Assembly: GCA_964016885.1 (NCBI GenBank)
Contig: OZ024742.1
Location: 137,516,001-137,580,000, forward strand
Reading direction: 5' to 3'
Length of the DNA stretch: 64,000 bases
Source: Eledone cirrhosa
Lineage: Eukaryota
The notes beneath the pieces are model-generated. The model saw only the letters and a list, made by a program, of their open reading frames with translations, did no database searches and was not told where the DNA came from. Shown here piece after piece: positions 12,661-26,757 of the stretch; position 1 is the stretch's first letter, and the number at the start of each line of letters is the position of its first letter. The translations under genes and the position numbers were made by a program.

Positions 12661-14679
12661 ATTGTAACACCACCATCATAAATACCGGTGGTATTTATGA
12701 AGGTGGTGTTAAATACAGTTAGTATTTCTTGGATTAGTGGTGTCGGTGGCGGTGGTGTTGATGCAGCTTGATTGTTGAGCCTATAACTGCTGAGATGGTT
12801 GGCTGACTAAAGATATGACTGGCTGGCTACATAATCAGGTTGGCTGGTTATTGAGCATGATTGTACAGATGAGTATGGCGTCTTGTGGATGGTTTGATGG
12901 TGGTTCTTGGGAGTGATGATGGTAGTTGCTGGTGGCACTGGTTGGTGGTTTAGAAGTATTGATAATGGTGGCAGTGTGGCTGTGTGAAGTTATTAGCTGT
13001 GGTATTATCATGATTGAAGCAGTGCCTATGTTGTTGTTGCTGATGATGAAGCTTGTTGCAAGCTGATGCTGATAGTATTAGTTCTTAACAATTTTGTCAT
13101 ATGTTATTAGATGTACCCACAGTGTATGAAAGGTTTTGTGGTTGGTGTGTTTAGATGTGTGGCTACTGTGGTTATGGTTGTGGTTGGCAGAGTTGCTGTT
13201 GCTGTGGTTGTAGTTGTTGTTGAGTTGTGCTGGTTATAATTATGGTTGCGGCTGGTGGTATTTTGCCAGGAGCTTCGGCAAGCAAATAGCCCAAGCACTC
13301 GAAAGACCAATGAAAATATTATTCCATTGGTTTTAATCTGACAATAGAGCTCTTGGCTTTCATTTGTTGTAGTTGTGGTTGGGTTGTAGTGTTTTTGTTT
13401 GTTGTTGTTACTCATGTGGATGATGTGCTGCTGGTGATGCTGGTGGTTATCGGTAGCGCTGATTATTATGCTTGTGTTTGTGGTTATGGATTTTGTAGGT
13501 GTTATTCTTGCCGTTGTTGCTGTTAGTATCGTTGTGAAGGAGGATGCTGTAACATATCCATCGTGGTTGTGCTTGTTTTGGGTAGTGCTACTAATGTTTC
13601 TGGTTGTTATTGTTTTTGTGGTTATGGCTGATGTGGTTATTGTGAGTTTGGCTGTGGTATTCATAAGATGTTGCGGTTATGATTGTTGCGGCTGTGGTAG
13701 TCACGGAAGATGTTTTGCTTTCGTAACTGTAGTGCATGTATTGTTGTTTGTATTGGTATTATCAGCAAGACGTTTGCTAGTACTGGTAGTATTGTTAATC
13801 ACATTTCTAATAAATTCAGTCTTTCCTTATTCTGCTGTAGACAATTGTTGCTATGATTGTTGATTTGTTGTTGGTGGTGGTTGTAGTGGTTGTGGATTGT
13901 TATATTGTAGGTGGTAGTGTCGTTCAGCATTAGGATATATCTCGTCAATAAGATCTATGATGAGAGACATTCCAGACAGGACCATCCCATTTTCTTTCGG
14001 AAATTCTATAATCCAGAAGTCATTATCAAGTGCATCTGATCTTCAGAGGGTAGGTTTTGATTTGAATTGATTTGGTTGACATTTCTCCGAGTTTTAGCGA
14101 TCACGTTGTACTTCTCTTGTCTTGGGTGGTTGCACTTGGTAGCTAATCTCATTGCTGTATTGTAATATTAGTATGTTGTTTTAATATACATTGTTGTGTG
14201 TTTTCTCTAGTATGTTATAAATATTAATAAGTTGTTGGTTAGCCCAAGGTCAAACATATATGATATGAACTATCATAAAAGTTATTCCAATAATGCACAA
14301 ACACTTGATCTTTTACATGTGGGTTGAGAAACAAGAGACAATATATCCAATGTATGTATCCACTTGCGATTCGAGCGGTAATTGACTATCATTTCTAACT
14401 GGAGAGCGACGTCTCCTTAATTTCCTCATTTGGTTGCTGTTATATATATTTTTCTTTTTTTGTATTGCTCCGGGTCGTGGCTCTTGTCTTTGGTATTTTG
14501 TTGTTATTGATGTTGTTGTTTTGTAGTAGTGTTAAATGGCACAGGTTTACGTGTTATTTTTTCAGTCTATATTGCTGTTGTGTCTGTTGTAAGACGCGGT
14601 ATTGATTTGTTTTTTTTGTTGAAATCTAGTAATATTGTGTGTTATTGTTGTAATCTGATATTGATCTGTAAAGGTTAAT

Positions 14680-15460
14680 GGTTGTGTAGTGATATGTGTT
14701 ATTGTGTCGGTTGTGAAGTGGTATGTGTTATTGCTGTCGGTTGTGAAGTGGTATGTGTTATTGCTGTCGGTTGTGTAGTGGTATGTGTTATTGTGTCGGT
14801 TGTGTAGTGGTATGTGTTATTGCTGTCGGCTGTGTAGTTGTATGTGTTATTGCTGTCGGTTATGTAGTTGTATGTGTTATTGCTGTCGGCTGTGTAGTTG
14901 TATGTGTTATTGCTGTCGGTTATGTAGTTGTATGTGTTATTGCTGTCGGCTGTGTAGTTGTATGTGTTATTGTGTCGGTTGTGTAGTGGTATGTGTTATT
15001 GCTGTCGGCTGTGTAGTTGTATGTGTTATTGCTGTCGGTTATGTAGTTGTATGTGTTATTGCTGTCGGCTGTGTAGTTGTATGTGTTATTGCTGTCGGTT
15101 ATGTAGTTGTATGTGTTATTGCTGTCGGTTGTGTAGTGGTATGTGTTATTGCTGTCGGTTATGTAGTTGTATGTGTTATTGCTGTCGGCTGTGTAGTTGT
15201 ATGTGTTATTGCTGTCGGCTGTGTAGTTGTATGTGTTATTGCTGTCGGTTATGTAGTTGTATGTGTTATTGCTGTCGGCTGTGTAGTTGTATGTGTTATT
15301 GCTGTCGGTTATGTAGTTGTATGTGTTATTGCTGTCGGCTGTGTAGTTGTATGTGTTATTGCTGTCGGTTATGTAGTTGTATGTGTTATTGCTGTCGGTT
15401 GTGTAGCGGTATGTGTTATTGCTGTCGGTTGTGTAGTGGTATGTGTTATTGCTGTCGGTT
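14680..15460. repeat. 30-bp minisatellite, about 25 units
   Basis: Unit gtatgtgttattgctgtcgg(c/t)t(g/a)tgtagt(t/g), with alternating variants. Confidence 0.95.
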
Positions 15461-15669
15461 GTTGCAGTAATCTGTATTATTACGGCATTGTTGTTGATGT
15501 TAATGTTGTGGTTGACGCATGTGTTATTGTTATATTTCATTGTAGTATGTGACATTGTTGTACGCGTGGTCGGTGCAATAGTAGTGTGTAATACTGTGGA
15601 ATTTGTTTTGTTGCACTCCGTGGGATTTTTGTGCTGTAGTTATAATTATCTTTTTTTTTTTCAGGTTTT

Positions 15670-15830
15670 GGTACGAATTGGCTTAGGCATTAAGACATCG
15701 GATAAAATACTCACGGTATTCGTCACACCTTGCGCGCTCTGAGTTCAAATCCCGCTGAGATCAACTTTCCTTTTCTTCCTTTCGAGGTCGATAAGAAAAG
15801 TATCAGTTCAGTACTGGGGTCGATTCTTCC
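15670..15830 (+). mobile_element. Diverged tRNA-type SINE
   Basis: B-box-like gagttcaaatccc and core aactttccttttcttcctttcgaggtcgataa, related to the copy at 33.1 kb. Confidence 0.65.
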
Positions 15831-16857
15831 TCTATAGAAAAAAATCGGCTGTTCAGACCTGAAGAGGGTTGGCCTCCCCCGGTTTAAAATGTGCCCTAGG
15901 CACGCCATACAATGATGCATATACGACTCCACAAGAAGGTATGGGATCTTTATCCTTATCCTTGGTATGTCTGTGCCTTGTTGTAGTTGTTTTCGAAGTA
16001 GGGAATATGGTTGTGTGCTGTGGTTGTTTTCCTATGTTCATTGTTCTGTGTCTTGCAGACTTCGATGCCTCATCGGTGTTCTTATGCACAACGTTAACAA
16101 TAAACGTACAGATAATACTAGAGGTAATGAATGTTCTAATGGAGGGAGTGTATGGCTTGTTATCTAACGTTTGGTGATATCACTGATGCTAGGTTAGGTG
16201 TGCACATGCATGATGGACCTACTGTTCTTTGACAAGAGGCTGTCGGTGGTTTATGATAATGGCTCTCATATTTGTAGTTTAGTATGTATGACGATGATGA
16301 TGATGACGACCACGAGCGCGACAAGGAGAAGAATAAGTAGACGTAGATTTAGAGGAGGAAGAAGAAGGGAAGGAGTAGGATGAAGGGGAGAAAGAGGTGG
16401 AGGAGGCTGACGAAGAGGTTCAGGGTGAGTAGGAGTCTAAGGATGAGAAGGAAGAGGGAGGGGAAGTATGTGATAACGAAAGTATTGTTGTTGCTGATTA
16501 CACCATTGATGCTACCGATGATGATGATGTTTTAAATTAGGTAAAATCATACGAAGATCTTCACAAATAATAAACAACAGCTATATAACGTAAATAATAG
16601 GCTTATTGCTCAACAGAGACACACGACTTTCACATATTCGTGTAGCAATATGTATCTATATCTATAAATAAATGTGTATGTATCATTGTGTGTACGTGTG
16701 AACACGCTCGTGTGTACACTCATAATCGAATATTGTTATAGATAGCTTTCTGTCTTTCGTTCTCTCTCTGTCGTCGTCATATAGTTACTTAAGTATCTCC
16801 CTCACAAACACGGGTACATATTATATTTCATTATTCGTGTTGCTCATTATCGATTTT

Positions 16858-16924
<67 letters not shown>

Positions 16925-16925
16925 A

Positions 16926-17004
<79 letters not shown>

Positions 17005-17052
17005 ATTTATTTATATTTAGTTATGTAATAAACAACATAAGATAATTATTTA

Positions 17053-17104
17053 ATTTACCAGTGGTTTCTTGAAAGCAAACAAATTTACGTTCAGTCATCA
17101 GAAT
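17053..17104 (-). ncRNA. Minimal type I hammerhead ribozyme motif
   Basis: Minus strand reads att-CTGATGA-ctgaacgtaaatttgtttgctttcaa-GAAA-ccactgg-TA-aat. Stem II has mismatches. Confidence 0.65.
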
Positions 17105-17126
17105 GTTCTCATTCAGAGCAGGATTT

Positions 17127-17186
17127 TTTCATTCTGACGACTGAAAGCAAATCTGTTTGCTTTCAAGAAATCACTGGTAAATGAAA
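17127..17186 (+). ncRNA. Type I hammerhead ribozyme motif
   Basis: tttcatt-CTGACGA-c[tgaaagcaaa tctg tttgctttca]a-GAAA-tcactgg-TA-aatgaaa. Stem I is 7 bp, stem II is 10 bp, and the GUA site ends at 17179. Confidence 0.8.
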
Positions 17187-17529
17187 TAATTATCTTATGT
17201 TGTTTATTACATAACTAATAAGCTCTGTAACCTACATAGAGCACTCTTTTTTCCTGGACCTTTCCGACGGAATTACATCATTTATATTATATATATATAT
17301 ATATCGTTTCTGAATTTGTTTAGTATATATATGTATGGAATTATATATAGTAAAAAGGAAAAGAAAATGCTGACAAATTTTACCCAGTGAAAAATAGTTT
17401 AATTAGGAATAAGTATAAATTAGTAATAAGTATTAGTTAGTATTCAGTTTTAATTTTAAGTTGTTACCGGTTGCGCATTTCTTATGCTTTTCAAAAATAA
17501 TTTTGAGATAGAGATCTCGTGATTTTTGC

Positions 17530-18093
<564 letters not shown>

Positions 18094-18898
18094 TAATGAA
18101 TTGTATAATAAACAATGACATGGCGTGGACATGGAAGTTTTAAAATATATTATTGTGACAGCCACACCAATTAGAGTAATGACTATCGGCCAATGATCAC
18201 GAGAGAAAAGTAATAACTTAGTGGATAATGAAGCCTGAGAAAAAATTATGTTTGAAAAAATGGATTGGTCACGGCTATTACTTTTGTACTCAAAAGTCAG
18301 TTTAATAGACACAGACCTGGGGCAAAACAGCAAAAACATCGATAGCGCTATTGCTTTTAGTATCAACAAATGACGTTAAACATGTAAAGAGCAATAGCAT
18401 AAAAGTAACATACCGTCATAACTACACCACCCAAGGTCATAATCAACAGTACCACCGTCACATCCACCACCAAACAAATAAAACAGTTATAACAATAACA
18501 CCAATGAAAGTAAGAAAGAAAAATAAGATGAAAATTTGCAACAATGAAACAAGTTCATAGTTATCGCCGTCGTTGAGGTTGGCGTTAACCTCGTCATCAT
18601 CATGCTCATTGTCATAATGAACAGCAATAACAGCAGTCACAGGAACAACAACAACAAATATAAACAGCACCTTACAAACAACACTCAAATAACAATTTTT
18701 AAAAAGAAGGGAAGCCACAAATAGTGGAATTACAAGTTTAGGCGGTGCATTTAAATCAAAAGGTGAATTTAAAGAGGATTTCTTTAAATTTAAGCCTCTT
18801 AGAGGACAGAAAGCGGTTAGGAGAGGAAGTAAACATAACGTTGAATGACAATAGAGCGTGTGGGATGCTACGACACTCAAACAAATATATAGATATAG

Positions 18899-18946
<48 letters not shown>

Positions 18947-19068
18947 GTATATATGTAGTTGTATGTATATTTGTATGTTTAAATCTTTCTCTCTCTCTAT
19001 ATATATATACGATTTGAACACATATGTATATTACTCTGTTTATCTCTCTTTTATATTCAAATTATATG

Positions 19069-19100
<32 letters not shown>

Positions 19101-19489
19101 AGCGTGTGTATGCATATGTATATATATTCGGAAATATACACATATATATATATATACATATATAAATATATATATATATATGTATAAATATATATATATA
19201 TGTGTGATGATTGTGCGGTCGTTTGTGTGTGTGCGAGGTGCGTGTATGTGCCTGTGTGTACGTTTATGTCTGTATCTGTGTTTGTTTATTAGTATGCCTA
19301 TACGCGATTCTTTCTAAACACTGGTTATGAAAGAGAAGGAAAAGAAAGCTTAAACTGTAAGCTGCCGAGAGCTAGAGAGAATGGAATCAGAAAAGAGTGA
19401 ACACAAAGAAAAAAAAATAGTTAATATCATATACACATAGGTGAATATGTGTGTCTGTGAGTGTGCCTACATATACAATGAACAGCATG

Positions 19490-19560
<71 letters not shown>

Positions 19561-19564
<4 letters not shown>

Positions 19565-19791
19565 TAAAATAACAGATTAAAGTGTAAGCAAAGAATCGCA
19601 GCTTTCACCCTTAACGGGATCTTCTGAAACTATGTTAGTTTCAGAAGATCCCGTTAAGGGTGAAAGCAGCGATTCTTTGCTTAAACTTTAATCTGTTATT
19701 TTAATAAATATTTGCTCTACGGTTCTTATATATTTGATAAATATTTATCCTTATCGAGCCCTCTTTGGATTTTAGTCTTCAAATTTATTAT

Positions 19792-19795
<4 letters not shown>
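19561..19795. mobile_element. (TA)n-flanked fold-back repeat with hammerhead-like variant core
   Basis: Near-perfect palindrome 19561-19706 around a 7-nt spacer. Related pieces at 6950-7049/7893-7950, 24800-24870 and 51440-51505. Confidence 0.7.
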
Positions 19796-19877
<82 letters not shown>

Positions 19878-19879
19878 GT

Positions 19880-22680
19880 GAGGTTTTTTTTACAAAATGA
19901 AAAATAACCGTGGTGTCCTACACGAGTGAAAGTATAAAGAAAAAAAAGATGAAATCGAAAATACAACTGGAGTCTTATTTTTTTTTAAATATATATATTT
20001 ATTCGGTTCCTTTACCGGTTTCGCAGTTCTTCTGCTTTTCAAAAGTAGAGTTGAGATGGAGGGTCTGTTGTTTTTCTCACATCTGGTTGGTCTCTGAATG
20101 TTACTTGTTTTATATGGAAAAAGTGGCTCGAAATGCCAGATTTTTCGAGAAGTAATTTGATTGGTTATATTAAATTTCGTGCCAGTTCGCGTTACAAAGT
20201 TCTTCACAGGTTGTTTTTTCATATATGAGTGTTTGAATTTCATTTTACTTAAAGAAAGGGGGCTAACGAAGGCTTTTTTTTAATAAACGTAATTTGATTG
20301 ATTATAAATGAAATTATTGCTGTCACGTGAACAAGTTTTTATTAAATTTTCGCGCCCTTATTATGAAATCCATTCTGTAGCCTTTTTAGAGAATTTTATG
20401 ATAAGTAAAAGATAATGGTCAAGAGAAATGGGATGGGAGAATTTTTCTGGTTCAGTGAATATGGTTAGTTCGCTGGGGTGTCAGAATTCAGATTTGCTAT
20501 TGAATAAAGAATGTAAAGATACGTATGTTTATTTGTGTGCTTGTGTGTGTGTGTGTGTGTGTGTGTATTGGAAGATGATTCTATTAGTAGAAATGGTGGA
20601 GGGAGTTGTGTGTGTGTGTGTATATGGGTGTTATGTGTGTGTGTGTGGGAGTATGTTAAGATGGAGATAATATATATTTTGTGTGTGTGTATATATGTGT
20701 GTAGGAAAGTGATTCTATTAGTAGAAATGGGGGAGGGGAGTTGTGTGTGCGGGTGGGTGGGGTTGTTATGTGTGTGTATGTGTCTGTTTGGATGGTTAGC
20801 ATGTTATGGTGTTGACATAATGTATATTAAACCATATTTAATGCTGGTCTATATTTTTGAATAAACATATTTTCCTTATTTATTCGTATTTGTTCTGTTG
20901 TATTGTTAGCGCAAAGGTAAAGTGAGAAGACTTGGAATTTGGGTGTCTTATTACTTGCGCATATGTCTAGATGTGCGTTTAGTGCTATCTGTTTCGTGGT
21001 TGGATCTCGTAATTGTTGGCGATGAACTGTCATTCTGTTTCTGAGTGTGAGTTTAGTTTGTCCCATATAATCTTCATTGTATCCTTTCCATTTAATGGCA
21101 TAAAGTAGATTTTTTGATGAGCAAGTGAAGTGATTTTTTACAGTAACATTTTGTCCTGATTTAAATATACATTATGTCCTGGTTTAATATACATTCTGTC
21201 AACACCATAACATGCTAACCATCCAAACAAACACATACACACACACATAACACCTTCTACTTTAGAAAATAAAAACCCGAACTAAATAAACCTTAACATA
21301 CGTTTGCACTGACAATACAACAGAACAAATACGAATAAGTAAGGAAAATATGTTCATTCAAAAATATTCCTACTAAAGGAATCATTTTCCTACACACACA
21401 CACAATATATATATATATATATTCTCTTCATCTTAACATGCTAACCATACTCCCACACACATAACACCCATACACACACATAACAACCCCCACCCACCCA
21501 CACACACAACTCCCCTCCTCCATTTCTACTAATAGAATCACTTTCCTACACACATATATACACACACACAAAATATATATTCTCTCCATCTTAACATACT
21601 CCGACACACACATAACACCCATATACACACACACACACAACTCCCTCCCCCATTTCTACTAATAGAATCATCTACCAATACACACACACACACACTCACA
21701 CACACAAGCACACAAATAAACATACATATCTTTACATTCTTTATTCAATAGAAATCTGAATTCTGACACCCCAGCGAACTAACCATATTCACTGAACCAG
21801 AACAATTCTCCCATCCAATTTTTCTTGACCATTATCTTTTCTTTGTCATAAAATCTTCTATATAGGCTACAGAATAGATTTCAAAATAAGGGCGCGAAAA
21901 TTTAATGAAAAATTGTTCACGTGACAGCTATAAAATCATTTATAACCAATCAAATTACGTTTATTTAAAAAAAGCCTTCGTGAGCCCCTTTTTTAAGTAA
22001 AAAGAAATTCCAACACACACACACAACACACACACACACCCACACACACGCCCACACACACAAGCACACAAATAAACATACATATCTTTACCTTCTTTAT
22101 TCATTAGAAAATCTAAATTCTGACACCCCAGCGAACTAACCATATTCACTGAACCAGAACAATTCTCCTTATCTTTTGCTCGTCATAAAATTTTCTAAAA
22201 AGGCTACAGAATGGATTTCCAAATAAGGGCGCGAAAATTTTATGAAAACTTGTTCACGTGACAGCAATAATTTCATTTATAACCATAATCAAATTACGTT
22301 TATTAAAAAAAAACCTTCGTGAGCCCCCTTTTTTTAAGTAAAAAGAAATTGAAACACTCATATATGAAAAAACAACCTGTGACACCCCCCTCCCTGGTTT
22401 GAAGAACTTTGTAACGCGAACTGGCGCGAAATTTATTATAATTATTGACCAACCAATCAAATTACTTCTCGAAAAACCTGGCAATTCGAGCCACTTTTTC
22501 CATATAAAACAAGTAACATTCAGAGACCAACCAGATGTTAGAAAAACCACAGACCCTCCATCTCAGCTCTACTTTTGAAAAGCAGAAGAACTGCGAAACC
22601 GGTAAAGGAACCGCATAAGTATATATATTTTTAAAAAAATAAGACTCGAGTTGCATTTTCGATTTCATCTTTCTTTCTAT
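19880..22680 (-). mobile_element. Penelope-like retroelement, 5'-truncated, with inverted terminal duplication
   Basis: GIY-YIG coding fragment plus 3' region 19880-20830, which is repeated in inverted orientation at about 21180-22680 with internal duplications. Confidence 0.8.
20827..21165 (-). pseudogene. GIY-YIG endonuclease domain of a Penelope-like element
   Basis: Frame reads FKSGQNVTVKNHFTCSSKNLLYAIKWKGYNEDYMGQTKLTLRNRMTVHRQQ...H...KENMFIQKYRPALN, matching the NxxY..YxGxT..R..H..E..N layout. Confidence 0.85.
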
Positions 22681-22856
22681 ATATATATATGTATATACAT
22701 AATTAAATACATGCATGCATATATACATATATACGTATAGATAGATATAGATATACTTTACTAATGATTTCTTACAAATGAAACAGTTCTAATCCTGTAG
22801 AAGACCTTTCTACTGTATAATAAAATGAATATACCTCTACACTACTAACCACCCCT

Positions 22857-22913
<57 letters not shown>

Positions 22914-23256
22914 TATGGGAGGAGGTGGGTGGGTTAGGGAGCCGAAATAAGGGGAAAACAGAGGCACCAGTTTTATATGAAAAGTAATTTAAGGAATATA
23001 GGTATGAATAGACTTAGATGAGTTGAAAATTATGAAGCATAATGTGGGTTACGATATACTTTCTGTCGGTTTTCATTCAAAGACGTTGAATGTGGAAGAG
23101 AAGAAATTGATAGCAAGATCTTTAAAAAAGAGAACTTATCTACCGTAAATTAGATAATGTGTGTTATTTTAATATATATAAAATAACAAACACACTACAT
23201 GGCCACATGCACACACATGCATGCACACGCATGCACAGGCATGCGCACTCACACAA

Positions 23257-23310
<54 letters not shown>

Positions 23311-23356
23311 GAAATGACAGGAGGCTGGATTTGTGTAAATCCTTGAAAGGTTTATT

Positions 23357-23414
23357 ATTCTATGATCATTTCAATGACCGGGTTCCGTATGAATCCGGTG
23401 ATATCATCAGGTAT
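23357..23414 (-). ncRNA. Minimal type I hammerhead motif with imperfect stem I
   Basis: Minus strand reads atac-CTGATGA-tatc[accggattc atacg gaacccggt]catt-GAAA-tgatca-TA-gaat. Stem III segment is palindromic. Confidence 0.55.
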
Positions 23415-23792
23415 TCGAAATATAATACGTGAATGTAATAGGTAAAATCCATGGGGCTGAAAATCGAGACCCGAGGGCGACCGCTATTCTGTTCCTTCAA
23501 CCTCAGCCGGTCGCCCTGGAGTGACGTGGCTAAATTTTATAGTATGCTACTACCGGTCAGATGAACGAAAACAGAAGGGGATGGGAGCATAGGTTAACGT
23601 CGATCCTATGACACAAGGTAAAAGAAAGAAAGAAAGGAAGGAGAGAGAAGAAGGGGGTAGAAAGAAGAGGAGAAGCCAGGGTTAATGTCAGCTAAAAGAG
23701 GAAGGCAACTACTACTGGTCAGATATAGGCAAGCAAGAGGGGGAAGGAAGATGAGTCTGCGGGAGGAAGGAGGGGAGGAGAGAGGGAAGGGA

Positions 23793-24440
23793 AGAGAGAA
23801 GTAGAAAAGTAAGGGTTGATGGCTACAAGAAGGAAGATAGAGAGAAAGAGGAGGAAAGGTCGATATTAATGTCAGACCACAGTCAAGCCAGGAGTGGCGC
23901 GAGAAAATGTTCACAGGGACCCGCATCTTAGCGGAGATGAATATATTGGGAGTCAGTGTTTTACAGTGTTTAGACTTCTAGGATGAAGTTAAAAAAATTA
24001 ATAATCAATATTCAATATTAAAGAGGTTAGAAAATTTAAAGTTCAACAGTTTAACATTTAATTATATAATAGTTCCGATTTGTTCTGTAATTTAAAGGCA
24101 CTATTTGGCGGTTAAAACAACGGCCGCGCCCCGGGCCCCATGGCGAACTAAGCCACGCCGAGTATTTTCATTTACTGAAAGAAGGGGAAATTTATTTTTC
24201 CAAGCACTCCAGGTGAGCTCGTTCGCCAGGGAGCTGGTCGCGCCGCCATTAAAACCCACCCAACAGTCCGACAGAAAGTTGGAACTTTAAAATTTTGCTT
24301 AGAGAAGTAAAAGAGTAATGGTTGATAGCTACAAGAAGGAAGATAGAAAGAGAGAGGAAGGAAGGTCGATATTAATGTCACACCACAGTCGGGCCAGGAG
24401 TGGCGCGACAAAATTTTCACAGGGACTCGCATCTTAGCAG
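23793..24440. repeat. Direct repeat of about 140 bp (23793-23932 and 24301-24438)
   Basis: agagaagta..ggttgat.gctacaagaaggaagatag..ggtcgatattaatgtca..ccaggagtggcgcga..cgcatcttagc occurs twice. Confidence 0.8.
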
Positions 24441-24868
24441 AATTTTAGAATTTTAGTCTACGACATCTGCTATACCATTTACGTGGTTTTGGCTTTGCGT
24501 GCAATTGGTCTCCACGCTCCACATATGACGTATTATCTTCGTTTTTCCCGTTCATTGCCAGAGAACGTCTCTATGAACCACCTAAGAGAATATTAGTCTA
24601 CGACTTCTTTTATACCATAAACGTGGTTCTATCTTTGCGCGTAATTGTTTTTCACCGCTCCTATTAATGACGTATTATATTCGTTTTTTCCCGTTCTTTG
24701 CCAGGGAACGTTTCCACGAACCAAAGTATCGTCTTCATGTCTTCCTACGGTTGCAACGGTTTTTGAAATATCCACTTCTGCGTTTACAGATTGACTTTGT
24801 TAGTTTCCGAAGATCCCGTTAAGGGTGAAAGCAGCGATTCTTTGCTTAAACTTTAAACTTTTATTTTA

Positions 24869-24951
<83 letters not shown>

Positions 24952-24990
24952 TTTTAATAAATATTTATATATATATTTTAACATATATAT

Positions 24991-25848
24991 ACAGGACTGA
25001 TGTCACAAAAGATTTATTTCAAACCCAGACTTCACACTAAGAGTTTTCTCCTTCAAATTAATCCCCCTGGAGTCTAATGCACTTTTCTGCCATCCTTTTC
25101 TGCGACGCTTGCATGCACTCCTGGAAGGATTCTTCCGGGATCCTCCGCAGTTCCGTCGTCACGGCCTTTTTGATGTCGTCCACGTCTTCAAAACGGTTCC
25201 CCTCCGGGTCGTACTCGAAATCCATGACTCATCACCGGTGATGATTGTCCCTAGCAAGTCTGGTTCGGCTTCAAGACGCTCGAGGATGTCCTGGCACACT
25301 TGCATGCGTTGACCCTTCTGGTCATCGTTCAGCAGTTTTGGCACCATCTTCGCAGACTTTTCGCATGTCCAAATCTTCAGTGAAAATCTTCCAGACGCTG
25401 TCCCGATTCATGCCCAGCTCATTTGCCATCAGTCGAACAGTCAGCCGTCGATTGCTACGCACCATCTGCCTGACGCGCTCCACGTTGACATCAGATCTGG
25501 TTGTTGAGGGCCTTCCACGTCCTCGCGTCCTTTTTTAAACCTATTGCACCACTCAAACTCACCTGAGCGTAACATCGTCTCATCTCCATACACTTTCTGC
25601 AGCAATGCCAGTGCGTCTGACGGAGTTTTCAAGTATGTTCTATGCTCTGTGCTCATTGCTTAACGACCTAAAACAGAGGACATATATATAATATTATGAA
25701 GAAAAAAGTTTGATCGCTGAAGAAAGCTAAGATTACAGTTACATACTCCAAGGGGATTACTTTGAAGGAGAAAACTGTTATTGTGATGTTTGTGTTTGAA
25801 ATAAATATTTTGTGACATCGGTCCTGGAACTTTTGTGTCCCACCTCGT
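24991..25848 (-). mobile_element. Tc1/mariner relic, internally deleted
   Basis: Transposase fragments VYGDETMLRSGEFEWCNRFKKGREDVE and MVPKLLNDDQK..IITGDESWI. TIR caggac(c/t)gatgtcacaaaa at both ends, with TA flanks. Confidence 0.9.
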
Positions 25849-25874
25849 GTATATATATATATATATATATATAT

Positions 25875-26165
25875 AGTTCAATTCTCAGACCGGGTGATGT
25901 GTTGTTTCCTTGAGCAAAACACTTTATTTCACATTGCTCCAGTTTACTCAGCTGTAGAAATGAGATGATAGGGACTGGGGTCCATATCATTCCACTGCAA
26001 AAGTGGTCGTGGAGGTGCCACGGCAAAAAAGCACCCACCACTCACTGTAAATGTGGTTGGTGTTAGGAAGTGCATTCAGCTGTAGAAATCAAGCCAGAAT
26101 CAGTTCCCGTCCCACCCTTGCAAGCAGGGAAAAAGCGGACGTAAAATGAAATGATGAAAATGATG
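25875..26165 (+). mobile_element. SINE-like element, second family
   Basis: gttcaattc..tccttgagcaaaacactttatttcacattgctcc is shared with 49.7 kb. It ends cggacgtaaaatga(aatga)n. Confidence 0.6.
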
Positions 26166-26202
<37 letters not shown>

Positions 26203-26504
26203 ATGATGGAGATCGGCTGCTCCATATAAAACTCGACCACTTTATGTCAGTTCCTTCCTTGCATGAGATCTAGAGTGGCTTTTGAGTCCTGAAAGCATGT
26301 GAAACACCCGACCTCAAACAATACAATGCTGTTTCATTTCCTTCTTGTTACCACTTTCGGTTTGTTTACTGTGTATGTTCAGATATCGCTTCAATCCATC
26401 AGCTGATTAGCAAATTATATATTTATATGTGTATATTTCCGAATATATATACATATGCATACAGACGCGCGCGCACATACGTCATACACACACACACACA
26501 CACA

Positions 26505-26592
<88 letters not shown>

Positions 26593-26757
26593 TACACGTA
26601 CACGCATAGCACTGGAATTGATTCTCTCCAACAAAGTTGGACTTTACCTTCATGTGCTCGTTGGTATGACACCAGGCCAGCTTCCGAAAAGAACAACATA
26701 GGGCACAGAGTGCGTTTGAAAACTAAGGCTTGATAAGATTCATCATTATTACTGTTG

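Noticed and set aside
14680-15555. CRISPR-like or metallothionein-like reading of the 30-bp repeat
   Set aside because: Units are contiguous with no unique spacers, there are no cas genes, and the context is eukaryotic. The Cys-rich frames are repeat artefacts.
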